Positions 45,896 to 55,941 of a DNA stretch of 64,000 nucleotides are shown in pieces. Made by a program: the position numbers and the translations under genes. Within the stretch, counting starts at the first letter, position 1. Each line of letters begins with the position of its first letter. Origin of the DNA: a bacterium (lineage in GTDB: Bacteria > Patescibacteriota > Minisyncoccia > Moranbacterales > UBA2206); assembly GCA_021785125.1 (NCBI GenBank), contig JAJYGF010000012.1, positions 16,612 to 80,611 of the forward strand, written 5' to 3'. The notes under the pieces are model-generated. The model was not told the origin of the DNA and made no database searches. It saw only the letters and a program-made list of their open reading frames with translations.

Positions 45896-47415
45896 GCCAA
45901 GCAAAAATCGTATTCAAATCCGCCATCTGGGTGACTTTCTCGGAAATACTTTTTAATATGTCTGGTTTTATCATCCATAGCGTCTTGGGAAGGTTTCTCG
46001 GACCGGCCGACTACGGCCGCTACAGCTTGATCATCACTCTGACCACCACTGTCATCATCCTGATCGGCAATGGCATTCCGACCGCCATGGCCAAATATAT
46101 CAGCGAATATTTCGAAACCGACGGCGGCATGGTGAAGATCATCAAAAAACAGGCCATTTTCCTGCAATCGATCATCATCGGCGCACTGACCGTCCTATTC
46201 TTTCTCTCTGCTCCCCTGATTGCAAATCTTCTGGGCGACCCGACCCTGGCACCTCTCTTTCAATTATCCTCCCTGATCATTCCCGCTTTTGCCGCAGCCT
46301 CTTTTTATTTTTCCTACTACACCGGCCTGCATCGCTTCAATATGCAAGCAACCCTCAAGACGCTCCGCTCGATTTTCCGCATAGTTTTTGTAATTATCCT
46401 GGCTCTCATGTTCCGCGTCAAAGGCGCGGTTATCGGCTACATCTTGGCGCCTGCCGCGGTTTTCCTAGTGGCATACTTCACGGATACTTTCAAAATTGAC
46501 AAGGAAATCAGAGCGATCGGACAAAATATGACAGAGCCGCATTTTGAAAGGAAAAAACTGGTGAATTACGCCTGGCAGATTGTAGTTTTTTTCTTAGCCT
46601 ACCAGCTCCTGACCAGCATCGATCTGTACATTGTCCAGGGCGTCTTGCGCGATGAAACTTTGACTGGACTTTATAATGCCGCCAACACGGTTGGCAACAT
46701 TCCATATTACATCTTTTATGCTCTGACGATCTTCATGCTGCCGATGGTTTCCAAATCCACCTCGCAGAACGACTTGAACGAAGCCGGGAGAATCATCAGC
46801 AAGGCCATGCGCATCATGGTCATTCTGCTCCTGCCGATGGTGATCCTCATGGCCGTCTTTGCCAGACCTATCCTAGTTGATTTTTATGGCATCAAATATG
46901 CCGCGGCCGCGCCTGTCATGGCTGTTTTGGAGGGCGGCATCGGCTTTCTGACCATCTTTTATGTCATGAGCTTCGCATTGACCGGGGCCGGAAAAACCCG
47001 CATTCCGATGATCATTTCCGTCTTTGGGCTGGCATTGAATACGGTTTTGAACTATATTTTTGTCCAAAAATTTTCCATCGTCGGTTCAGCTTTAGGCACC
47101 GCCACGACTTCAATCGCCATAACCATCCCGATGCTCTACTATGTGTATCGAGATTTCGGCATTTTTATGGAATTGAAAAGCTTTTTAAAGATACTCTTGG
47201 CTTCTGCCGCGATGTTCTTTGCCAGCTTTCTCTTTTCCCAAGGACAGGTCGCTTTCATCTTCTGGTCCTTGATCCTGTTTGCACTTTATCTCCTGACTCT
47301 TTACATATTAGGCGAAATTACTAAGGATGACATCACCTATCTCAAAACGATTTCTAAAAAGAAAAAAGTTTCCGAGGTGGAGGAAGAATTATCCGGCAAC
47401 GAACCTGCCGCTTGA
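45892..47415 (+). CDS. Wzx-like polysaccharide/oligosaccharide flippase (MOP superfamily)
   Basis: About 14 TM helices. ATGA overlap with the tmk stop codon. N-terminus typical of the polysaccharide-biosynthesis-protein family. Confidence 0.7.
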   Translation: MSQAKIVFKSAIWVTFSEILFNMSGFIIHSVLGRFLGPADYGRYSLIITLTTTVIILIGNGIPTAMAKYISEYFETDGGMVKIIKKQAIFLQSIIIGALTVLFFLSAPLIANLLGDPTLAPLFQLSSLIIPAFAAASFYFSYYTGLHRFNMQATLKTLRSIFRIVFVIILALMFRVKGAVIGYILAPAAVFLVAYFTDTFKIDKEIRAIGQNMTEPHFERKKLVNYAWQIVVFFLAYQLLTSIDLYIVQGVLRDETLTGLYNAANTVGNIPYYIFYALTIFMLPMVSKSTSQNDLNEAGRIISKAMRIMVILLLPMVILMAVFARPILVDFYGIKYAAAAPVMAVLEGGIGFLTIFYVMSFALTGAGKTRIPMIISVFGLALNTVLNYIFVQKFSIVGSALGTATTSIAITIPMLYYVYRDFGIFMELKSFLKILLASAAMFFASFLFSQGQVAFIFWSLILFALYLLTLYILGEITKDDITYLKTISKKKKVSEVEEELSGNEPAA

Positions 47416-47425
47416 TGTTTCAATG

Positions 47426-49024
47426 CTAATTGCCGCGCGCGGCCCCGCTTTGATCGACGATAGTAAATCTCCCGATCTGTTGGTCACGGCCGACGTTTTC
47501 ATTTTTTCCAAAATTCACCAAGAACAGCTTCATGGAATGGTTGTAATCTTTGGATTTATAGCGCCTCAGTTCCAATCCTCTTTCCCCTGCTAAAAACTGC
47601 AGCGGCCGGAAAAAATGGAACATATCCTTACTATTGCCGTCGATCACCGCCACATGGCTATTATCCATTCGATTGAGGATATAGTTCGCCATACGCTCGC
47701 CCTCTCCGAGCGTGAATATGGACACATTGCCCTTGTCTGTCGAGGTAAATATGCTGAAATCCTTTCGGATAGCTGAAATATTGGTGGCCGTAAAAAATGC
47801 CGTCACCAAAATAACTGCCGACAACACAGGGCTTTTATTATCCGAACGTCTGTGGATAAATTCCAAACACAACCCCAGAAGGATAAAAGCAAAAAACACA
47901 TCCCCGAGATAATATCTCATGGCCTTGTTCACGATCTCGTGCGCGATCGGAATCATGATCAGAAAATAAAGCATGCCATATATGGCGGAAAAAATCCAAA
48001 AATTTTTCTTATTCATGTCCGTTTCGCTCTCTATTTTTTTCCAGAGCAGTGCCATTCCACCGACGGTTAATCCCAGACCGATCGCAATACAGACAAGTGA
48101 ACCGGCCACTTGCGCCATATCTCCATAAGGTAGCGTGAAAAATGTGCAGCTGTCTGGATCGCCCAGACCGGAAACAATCTGCAGATCAGCCTGAAAAGTA
48201 CATGACAGCGCGATTCCGGCCGATTCAAACATCGATGAATTGCCTGATCGCTTGATTTTCTGCGCCGCAAAAAATGCATTGACATTTGATCCGCCAGTAT
48301 GATACAAGTCGATGACCTGCGGGATATTCAAAAGAAAAGCGACAGCCAGAATCACTACAAAATATTTCTTTACCGGAATTTTTCGATATATCGCATAGAC
48401 AAATATGGCCACCGCGTAGATCGGTAAAATAACTAAAAGCAAAGTGTGCAGTTGGACAGCCACGCCAAAAGCTGCGCCTGTCAGAATCGCCCACGCATAT
48501 TTTTTCTTTGCTTTCGCATCAAAAATCTTTACGGACGCAAACACAAATACCAGCGCCCAAAACGGCATCGAATTGGGGTTCCAGGCAAATCGGCCGTAAT
48601 GAACGCCGTAATATGAAATTGCGAGAATAAATGCCAAGATCAAAGCTATGAAAGTCGACAAATATTTTCTAAAAATGAAAAAAACGAGCGGGATGGCCAG
48701 AATTCCGGAAATAAGATCCGGATACGCCATCTTGTCGGGCGCATTCCCGAAAATCTTAGCCGATATGATTTCAAAATAATAAAAGATCGGACCAAGCTTG
48801 AATTCCGTGCCTCCGGCTTTTGGACCGAGCAATGGCCAGCCGCTTTTGCCAGTGACGACATCGCTCACGACCCGGGCGTCGCGCGCCTGGTCATTATTGA
48901 ACCGCAGCCACTCATGAAAATTGTAAGTGCGTAAAAACACGCCTATCAGCAGGATTACGCCAAGAATCCAGATATGCCCTGGCACCGATCTTAATTTGTT
49001 CCAAATATGATTATTCCGCATCAT
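47426..49024 (-). CDS. ArnT/PMT-like GT-C fold glycosyltransferase, paralog 1
   Basis: FLRTYNFHEWLRFNNDQARDA, LGPIFYYFEI and MAYPDL motifs shared with the four other paralogs. Confidence 0.65.
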   Translation of the reverse strand: MMRNNHIWNKLRSVPGHIWILGVILLIGVFLRTYNFHEWLRFNNDQARDARVVSDVVTGKSGWPLLGPKAGGTEFKLGPIFYYFEIISAKIFGNAPDKMAYPDLISGILAIPLVFFIFRKYLSTFIALILAFILAISYYGVHYGRFAWNPNSMPFWALVFVFASVKIFDAKAKKKYAWAILTGAAFGVAVQLHTLLLVILPIYAVAIFVYAIYRKIPVKKYFVVILAVAFLLNIPQVIDLYHTGGSNVNAFFAAQKIKRSGNSSMFESAGIALSCTFQADLQIVSGLGDPDSCTFFTLPYGDMAQVAGSLVCIAIGLGLTVGGMALLWKKIESETDMNKKNFWIFSAIYGMLYFLIMIPIAHEIVNKAMRYYLGDVFFAFILLGLCLEFIHRRSDNKSPVLSAVILVTAFFTATNISAIRKDFSIFTSTDKGNVSIFTLGEGERMANYILNRMDNSHVAVIDGNSKDMFHFFRPLQFLAGERGLELRRYKSKDYNHSMKLFLVNFGKNENVGRDQQIGRFTIVDQSGAARGN

Positions 49025-50670
49025 GGCGCTAATCTATATATGCCCGTCCAATCGCTGAAATTCTTGTAATCGTCAAATTTGTTTCCTCCGGCATCAGACT
49101 GATTGCCGGCATAGGGCGATCCCAGATAAAACTCCGCTTCTCCTTGCGGTATCAAGGTGCTTTCTTTCGCCCTTAAGATATTAACATTTTTTTCGGCCGC
49201 CACATAAGCAAGCGACTTGAAAAAATTGGCATGGGAGGAATCGCTTATGAGATATATTGACTTTTGATGTCCGGAGGATGCGATCATGTATTTTGCCATC
49301 GATTCCATTTCTCCCAGCGCGATCGCATCGGGACCACTTCTCTCCTTGGCCGAAAGTTGCGCGACTATCGGCTGCAGAGTCATAAGATTGGATGCCACCA
49401 GAAAAATAAAGATCAAAATGATGGCCAATCCGGCATACTCCTTGGAATATCGCTCTGACAGAAAATCAATTGCTAATCCAAGAAAGACTATCGGCACAAA
49501 AAAGGTATGGATGAAATATCGCATCTGCGGATCTATGACCGGCAATAAGACCACAAATGAAACGGCAGAAAATATTCCCACCAATCCCAAAAAATATTTT
49601 TTCTCCTTGATTTTTTCCCGCTTGAATTTGTAAAAAAGATACGTATAGCCAAAAAATGAAAACAGGATGCTTAAAATTTCTCCGGCCAAGAACGCCGGGT
49701 CATGGATTTTTTGGGAAAATTTGCGAGAAATGTCGCTTTCAGCCACCCTGGTTAATGTGAAATCGCATTGATCCTGGCCGATGGCGGTCAACATATACGC
49801 GTTTGATTCGATGTGGCAATCGATATCCATCCCAAACTTCTGCAATAATTGCCCCGCTCCGCCGCCATTGCCATTTTCATTGACCGAGCTCAAAAAAATT
49901 TCTGAATTTCTGAAGTTAGTGTTATATTCGCTGATTATTTGTCCCGTATTCATTACGACGGCCAGAAGAAAAATCGCGCCCCAACTTATCCATGTCCGCC
50001 GGTCTTTGACAACTGAAAAAGCGCACGCCAGAAGCGCCAGGGCCGGGAGCAGCACCAGCATAATCGCATGAAGCTGTACGCCGACACCCAAAGCGACGCC
50101 AGCCATCACCACCCAGAACCAGCGCGCCTCACGACCATGAACAAGAATTTCAAGCACGGACAATAGAAAAAGAACGGTAAAGAACGGGATTGAATTTATA
50201 TTCCAGGCCGAATGAGAAACTTTAAGCGAATAAAATGAAATCATATAGATTCCGTCCAGCGCCAGCGTCAAATTCGTGCTGAAATATTTTTTCAGGAAAA
50301 AATAAAGGAGCGGTATCGTCAATATGCCGAACAACATGTCCGGATATGCCATTTTGTCCGGCGCGTTTCCGAAAATCTTAGCCGATGTGATTTCGAAATA
50401 ATAATACATCGGCCCAAGGCGGAACCGATTATGGCGGCCGCCCTTGCCGCTATTGCTCATATCCGGTCCAAGCAACGGCCATGGCGATTCACCCTTCACC
50501 ACCGCCCCGACCCGATTGGCATCATTCACTTGGTCTGATCCGAAATCCAGCCAGTTGTGGAACTGATAAGTGCGCAAAAATATTCCTACTGCCAAAATCG
50601 CCAACAAAATCCATATGGGCGCGGGGACCATCTTTAATTTTTCTCTTAACTTTTGTCGCAGATTTTTCAT
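49021..50670 (-). CDS. ArnT/PMT-like GT-C glycosyltransferase, paralog 2
   Basis: FLRTYQFHNWLDFGSDQVNDA and LGPMYYYFEITSAKIFGNAPDKMAYPDM. Confidence 0.65.
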   Translation of the reverse strand: MKNLRQKLREKLKMVPAPIWILLAILAVGIFLRTYQFHNWLDFGSDQVNDANRVGAVVKGESPWPLLGPDMSNSGKGGRHNRFRLGPMYYYFEITSAKIFGNAPDKMAYPDMLFGILTIPLLYFFLKKYFSTNLTLALDGIYMISFYSLKVSHSAWNINSIPFFTVLFLLSVLEILVHGREARWFWVVMAGVALGVGVQLHAIMLVLLPALALLACAFSVVKDRRTWISWGAIFLLAVVMNTGQIISEYNTNFRNSEIFLSSVNENGNGGGAGQLLQKFGMDIDCHIESNAYMLTAIGQDQCDFTLTRVAESDISRKFSQKIHDPAFLAGEILSILFSFFGYTYLFYKFKREKIKEKKYFLGLVGIFSAVSFVVLLPVIDPQMRYFIHTFFVPIVFLGLAIDFLSERYSKEYAGLAIILIFIFLVASNLMTLQPIVAQLSAKERSGPDAIALGEMESMAKYMIASSGHQKSIYLISDSSHANFFKSLAYVAAEKNVNILRAKESTLIPQGEAEFYLGSPYAGNQSDAGGNKFDDYKNFSDWTGIYRLAP

Positions 50671-50671
50671 A

Positions 50672-52264
50672 TCAGTTTTTTAGCTTATATATTCCGACTT
50701 GGCCGAAACCTTGATAGCTTTCCACGATATAATTTCGAAGTTCGGTGCCGACCGGACTGGCGATCTTATCTTTGCCGCCATTCCAACTCTGATCTATGTA
50801 AAACACGGCTTGACCAACCGGAGGAGGTACGCGTTTTGATACGCGCAAAAATTTGACTCCAATCTCATCGCCGACATAAGAAAGCGGCTTGAAGTAGTTT
50901 TGCATATATTTATATCCTCCGGCCAGATAGATCTTTTTTTTTGGCGCCGATTGCGCGGCCATATATTTTCCTATCGGCTCTATTTCACCCAAAACCACGT
51001 ATGTGGCGTTGCTACGGTCTTTAGCGGCATATTTTTCCGCTTCGGATATTATAGTCGAAAAATTGGCGGCGATCAAAAAAACAAACAGCACGGCAACCAT
51101 CCATGCATACCCCCTGCGGCGCAAAAACATGGCCAGAAACCCCAGAAAAATAAACGGCATGAAAATTATCTGAAACAAATATCTCAGCTGGCCATTGTGG
51201 CTGATGATCGGCACCAACGTCAAAAAATTCACCAGTCCAAAGACAAAAAGAAGTCCGAGAAAAATCTTTTTTTGCTCATTTTTTTCTTCTTTCCATAAAT
51301 ATGCCATGGCGACGTATCCGAAAAACATAAAAATCATCCCTATCCATAAACTCAACGCCGTTCCAGCATCCTTGAAATCCGAAAAACTCTGGCAGCCGTC
51401 CTGATTATCCAATGAAGACAGAAAATGCGTACCGGCCTGCCCATGGCAGATCGCATCAAGCTCGACGTTTTCAAGTATGCCGCTTCCCTTGTGCGGCGAT
51501 CTATCATTAAGCACGCTGAAAAAATATTTAGTATTGGAAAAACCGGTCTGAAGTTCGCTATATATCTGCCCCCCATTTAGAATCGACGCGATCAAAAAAA
51601 CAATCAGCCATTTGCGCCATAATTTCGGATCTTTCTTGATCGAAAAAGCCAGTGCCATTAAAACCATAATCGGCAGCATCACCAGAAGTACGGTATGCAG
51701 TTGCACGCTTACGCCCAGAGAAATGCCGAGTCCCGCAATCCAATACCATTTCGTCCGACTTCTGGAAAATAAAAGTTCGGAAAGCGAGATTAGAAAAAGT
51801 ATGACAAAAAATGGAATGGGGTTCGAGTTCCAAGCAAATCTGGAGTAACGGATATCATAGAACGACATGGCATAAAGTCCCGCCAGGGCCAGCGACATAT
51901 TGGCACCGAAATAACGCCGCATGAAATAATAGAAGAGCGGGATAGACAGGATGGAAAAAAGAAGATCGGGATAAGCCATCGCCACCGGAGTGATGCCGAA
52001 AATTTTGCCGGAAATTATCTGAAAATAATAATATATCGGACCCAGCCTGAATTTCGTGCTGGCGGCGATCGGTCCCAGAAGCGGCCAACCAGAATGTCCA
52101 TTTACCGCTTTTTCAGCCAAAAACACGTCGCGCGCCTGATCCGGATAAAAATACAACCAGTCGCGAAAATTGTACGTGCGCAAAAAAACGCCGATCAAAA
52201 AAATAAAGATGGCGACACCAAGAAATATTTTTTTATTGTTTTTTTTGAAAAAATCAAGATTCAT
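50672..52264 (-). CDS. ArnT/PMT-like GT-C glycosyltransferase, paralog 3
   Basis: FLRTYNFRDWLYFYPDQARDV and LGPIYYYFQI. Confidence 0.65.
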   Translation of the reverse strand: MNLDFFKKNNKKIFLGVAIFIFLIGVFLRTYNFRDWLYFYPDQARDVFLAEKAVNGHSGWPLLGPIAASTKFRLGPIYYYFQIISGKIFGITPVAMAYPDLLFSILSIPLFYYFMRRYFGANMSLALAGLYAMSFYDIRYSRFAWNSNPIPFFVILFLISLSELLFSRSRTKWYWIAGLGISLGVSVQLHTVLLVMLPIMVLMALAFSIKKDPKLWRKWLIVFLIASILNGGQIYSELQTGFSNTKYFFSVLNDRSPHKGSGILENVELDAICHGQAGTHFLSSLDNQDGCQSFSDFKDAGTALSLWIGMIFMFFGYVAMAYLWKEEKNEQKKIFLGLLFVFGLVNFLTLVPIISHNGQLRYLFQIIFMPFIFLGFLAMFLRRRGYAWMVAVLFVFLIAANFSTIISEAEKYAAKDRSNATYVVLGEIEPIGKYMAAQSAPKKKIYLAGGYKYMQNYFKPLSYVGDEIGVKFLRVSKRVPPPVGQAVFYIDQSWNGGKDKIASPVGTELRNYIVESYQGFGQVGIYKLKN

Positions 52265-52268
52265 GTTT

Positions 52269-54035
52269 TTAATTTTCCGCGCCTGCGTGCGACAGATCGG
52301 AAATTTTATAAGCGACTATGAATTTGTCTTCATATTTACTGTCGTATTTTATGTATTTTTCGATGAATTTCTCCGCGGCCGACAACACGCGCGGCTTCAC
52401 ATAATCTTTAGCAATCGTGACATATCGTATGTCGGCAGCATTCAAAATTTTGTTGGCCTGCCAAAAAATGTTCGGATCATCCACTTTTTTGGCCGGATCG
52501 TGTCCCTTGGGAATCGTATAGAGAAGTTGCTTGACGACCGGCGTATCGTTTTCCCAGGCAAATTCACCTTTTATCTTGCGCGCCATCGGCATTCCGCCGA
52601 CTATTCCTTTGTGATGCACATTGGCTGTCATGGCCTGATAACTGACAAACTCGTAGTTCGTACTGCCTGGGATTTCCAAAATTTTATATTGGGCCGGGTC
52701 TCTTCCCAGTTGATCATAAAAAGGAGAATAAGCCAAAGAAAATGTCTGCAAAGGAAAAGTAAAGAATTCAAGCAGAATAATTACGGCGAGCACCGCGGCC
52801 GCGGCCGATTCTTTCCAGCGGCGATTTTTAACCAGCCAGACGAAACAATAGGCGAAAAGAATTGCGACGCCCAGCATGGCAAAAACAAACAGGCGTCCCG
52901 TCGTCCTTATGTTGCCGTAAAACGGGAGAAACTTATAAACCAAAAAATATGGCAGATAGATCGTATGTTTGGCTATCGATACGGTCGGACCAAGCGCCAT
53001 GACGTAGAAAAAAAAGAATTCAATCACCCAAAATCGAGAATCTTTGAAAAAATCAGATTCTTTTCTTTTTTTAGCTGAATAGAATGCAAAAAGAATAACA
53101 GCCAAAACGCCAAAACCGATGAAATACGACCCTCTTTCCGTCCCGCCAAGAATGATTTTTTGCATCGTTTCTCCAAATTTTGGCCAAAGCGTGTTGTGGG
53201 CCGGCGGCGCGATCGGATCGAAAGTCATCATAGAATATTTGGCCGCTTGGCTGGTGGTCACGCTCAAAAAGTTATTTTCCGACGTCGCCACTTTCAGCAA
53301 GCCGGAAAAAAGCGTGACCGCCACAATTACCAAGAACAAAACAGAAACAACCCCATACGTCCAAAATTTTTTGTTTTTCAGAAGTTTTGTCCGGTCTGTT
53401 ATCAGCCGATATGCTGCAAAAAACGCAACGAACAGGACGGTAAAAGCCAATAATTGGTGTTCTGACATGGCAATAAGAAACGCGAACAACACAACCAACG
53501 CGTAGTATTTTAACCGGAATTTCTCGAAAAATTTAAAAAGATACAATGTGAAGAAAGGCAGCCATTCCTGCTGCATCGTACCCAGATGCACGGCTACTGA
53601 CTGGTAGAAATGGAATGGCGAGAACGCAAAGACCAACCCAGCCAAAAAAGAGGCTGATTTATTTTTGGTAAAATAAAACGCCAAAAGGTATGTGCCAAAT
53701 CCGCTCAAGATAAAGCTTAGCAGAAACATCGTATTGTAGGCCGCAAATTTATTCAAAAACAGATTCAATATCACATACGGCGTATAAGTGTCGATGTTTT
53801 TGACCAAGAAAACAAAGCCTTTGGAAAAATCAAGCGTTTTGAGATTGCTGGACAGCGCATCGATATGGGCGATCGCCTGATAGGTGTCACCTCCTCCCTT
53901 GGGAATCTCGGAACCGAAACGTATCGCCAAAGGAAAAGTTATAACCAATGATAAAAATATATAGATGGCTGCGACAACGATATTTGTATGACGCTTTATA
54001 AAATTCATTCGATTCGTCGAATTATTATTCCGCAT
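52269..54035 (-). CDS. large polytopic membrane protein (GT-C-like or YfhO-like; hypothetical)
   Basis: 588 aa with many TM helices. It does not share the DQ.RD motif of its neighbours. Confidence 0.45.
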   Translation of the reverse strand: MRNNNSTNRMNFIKRHTNIVVAAIYIFLSLVITFPLAIRFGSEIPKGGGDTYQAIAHIDALSSNLKTLDFSKGFVFLVKNIDTYTPYVILNLFLNKFAAYNTMFLLSFILSGFGTYLLAFYFTKNKSASFLAGLVFAFSPFHFYQSVAVHLGTMQQEWLPFFTLYLFKFFEKFRLKYYALVVLFAFLIAMSEHQLLAFTVLFVAFFAAYRLITDRTKLLKNKKFWTYGVVSVLFLVIVAVTLFSGLLKVATSENNFLSVTTSQAAKYSMMTFDPIAPPAHNTLWPKFGETMQKIILGGTERGSYFIGFGVLAVILFAFYSAKKRKESDFFKDSRFWVIEFFFFYVMALGPTVSIAKHTIYLPYFLVYKFLPFYGNIRTTGRLFVFAMLGVAILFAYCFVWLVKNRRWKESAAAAVLAVIILLEFFTFPLQTFSLAYSPFYDQLGRDPAQYKILEIPGSTNYEFVSYQAMTANVHHKGIVGGMPMARKIKGEFAWENDTPVVKQLLYTIPKGHDPAKKVDDPNIFWQANKILNAADIRYVTIAKDYVKPRVLSAAEKFIEKYIKYDSKYEDKFIVAYKISDLSHAGAEN

Positions 54036-55827
54036 TATTCACCGCATTTCTGTCGATTTTCTCCTTGATGCCGAAAACATCTTTCCAAAAAACACGATCG
54101 GTCGAACCGGATTTTTTATTGAATCGGAAATTGATGTTTATGTTGCGATTAGTGAAGCTTAGCTCATAAACCATAAGCTGTCCGAACTGTTTATGCGCTA
54201 TGACCGAGAAATTATCACCGAATTTTTTCGTTATCGGATCCAGACCGCTCTTGGCCGGCACGATGGCGAAAAATTGGGCATTCGGATCTCCGTTCAATTT
54301 CAAAGTTCCGTATTTCAGCGTCGGATCGTTCTTTTCGTAAAAAAGATATTCGATCGGCCGGACATGTTCCGGTTTGACGTAATAATAAATAGTCGCCCCG
54401 TTCTTTCTCCGGCCATACATATAATCCGTCACGCCTTGTAATTCTCCCAACGTCACTCCGTCTTTAACTTTCAATATCAAGGTCCGCTTGACCGGAAAAG
54501 CTTTGGTTTGCGAGTTAGCCTGTTCTTTGAACCAAGCGTAAGTGCCGTTGGCATTCGCTGCTAAAATACCGACAAAGATCAAGGCGATCAGTCCGGCTGA
54601 ATATTTCCGGTGTTTTTCTTCCAAATATTGGAAGAAAAATCCTAAGGCGATAAATGGAATCAGGAAAACAACCAGGAAAAAACGCGGACGCAATTGATAT
54701 GCCACTGGAACAGTCAGTACCGTAAACACCACCGTCCAAACGACCACCAGCCACAAAAAATCGCGCTTGACTCCGTCCGGTTTTCGCCGCAGCTCCCTGA
54801 TAAGCAAGATCGCTCCGACCAACAAGATCAATCCGGTAATCGCAATCGGCAAAATGTCTTTGGAAACTTTGTCTTGATAACATGATGATGTCACGGTCAG
54901 GCAATAATACTTCATATTTTCTTTCGCATCTTTGACCAATTTATCGGTCAGCGCCTGTTTGGCGGGCTTACTACCCATCGCCTCGAAAAAATTATGTATA
55001 TTTTGTCCGTTCTTAAAATAATCGCTGATAATGACCGGCGCGTAGGTCACCAAAAACACCAACAGCACGATTCCCGCGTATTTGGTCGCCAATTTCAAAG
55101 CGTCGGATCGCATGATATTTTGGCGGACAGATTTTTCCCATAAGCGAAAATGAATAAAAAGCAGGGCGATCGTGATGCCGATCACGCTAAAAAATCCGAA
55201 GAAATGCAGCTGTGAAGTTATCGAAGCGCCGAACGCGAAAAGGACCGCCCATTTCCACTTGCTTTTTGTATTTTCGGTGTTAAGAAACTTGAGCAAGGCG
55301 TAGAACGCCAAGATCATGAAGAACGGCAATGAATTGGGATTCCAGGCAAAACGGGAATATTGGATAACGATGAATGAAAAAGCATACATGATAACGATCA
55401 GCAAAGAATTTCTCTTTGAAAAATATTCCTTCAGGAAAAGGTACATGAGCGGCAAAACGGCCAGTGAAAAAAATAAGTCGGGATACGCAAAAACGTACGG
55501 CTCGGTCGAATTGAAAATTTTTCCTGAAAGATATTGGAAGTAATAAAAAGCGGGTCCGAGCCTCAAAAATCCATGCTTAAGCTTCGTCGCTCCGGCGCGC
55601 GCCCCCAAAAGCGGCAGGAATTGCGGACCGTTCTTGACCGCATTGGCGATCATGAAAGCGTCCCGCGACTGGTCCATCTTAAAATACAGCCACTGGTCAT
55701 ATTTATATGTTCTGACAAAAATGGCCGCGATAAAGACCACCGTCAATATCACCGCTACGATGAGTTTTTTATTCTTCACAAGTTTTAAATTTATATTTTT
55801 AGCCGAAAATAATGGCTCAAAAGGCAT
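54025..55827 (-). CDS. ArnT/PMT-like GT-C glycosyltransferase, paralog 4
   Basis: FVRTYKYDQWLYFKMDQSRDA and LGPAFYYFQY. Confidence 0.65.
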   Translation of the reverse strand: MPFEPLFSAKNINLKLVKNKKLIVAVILTVVFIAAIFVRTYKYDQWLYFKMDQSRDAFMIANAVKNGPQFLPLLGARAGATKLKHGFLRLGPAFYYFQYLSGKIFNSTEPYVFAYPDLFFSLAVLPLMYLFLKEYFSKRNSLLIVIMYAFSFIVIQYSRFAWNPNSLPFFMILAFYALLKFLNTENTKSKWKWAVLFAFGASITSQLHFFGFFSVIGITIALLFIHFRLWEKSVRQNIMRSDALKLATKYAGIVLLVFLVTYAPVIISDYFKNGQNIHNFFEAMGSKPAKQALTDKLVKDAKENMKYYCLTVTSSCYQDKVSKDILPIAITGLILLVGAILLIRELRRKPDGVKRDFLWLVVVWTVVFTVLTVPVAYQLRPRFFLVVFLIPFIALGFFFQYLEEKHRKYSAGLIALIFVGILAANANGTYAWFKEQANSQTKAFPVKRTLILKVKDGVTLGELQGVTDYMYGRRKNGATIYYYVKPEHVRPIEYLFYEKNDPTLKYGTLKLNGDPNAQFFAIVPAKSGLDPITKKFGDNFSVIAHKQFGQLMVYELSFTNRNININFRFNKKSGSTDRVFWKDVFGIKEKIDRNAVNNAE

Positions 55828-55941
55828 ATTTCGAGCATACGGGCATTATAGCGCAAACCGCCCTGTTTGTAAAAGACCTCTCCGTTTGATTTATGTGGCC
55901 AAAATGATATTATGAATAAAGATAAAAATTAGCCGCTTATT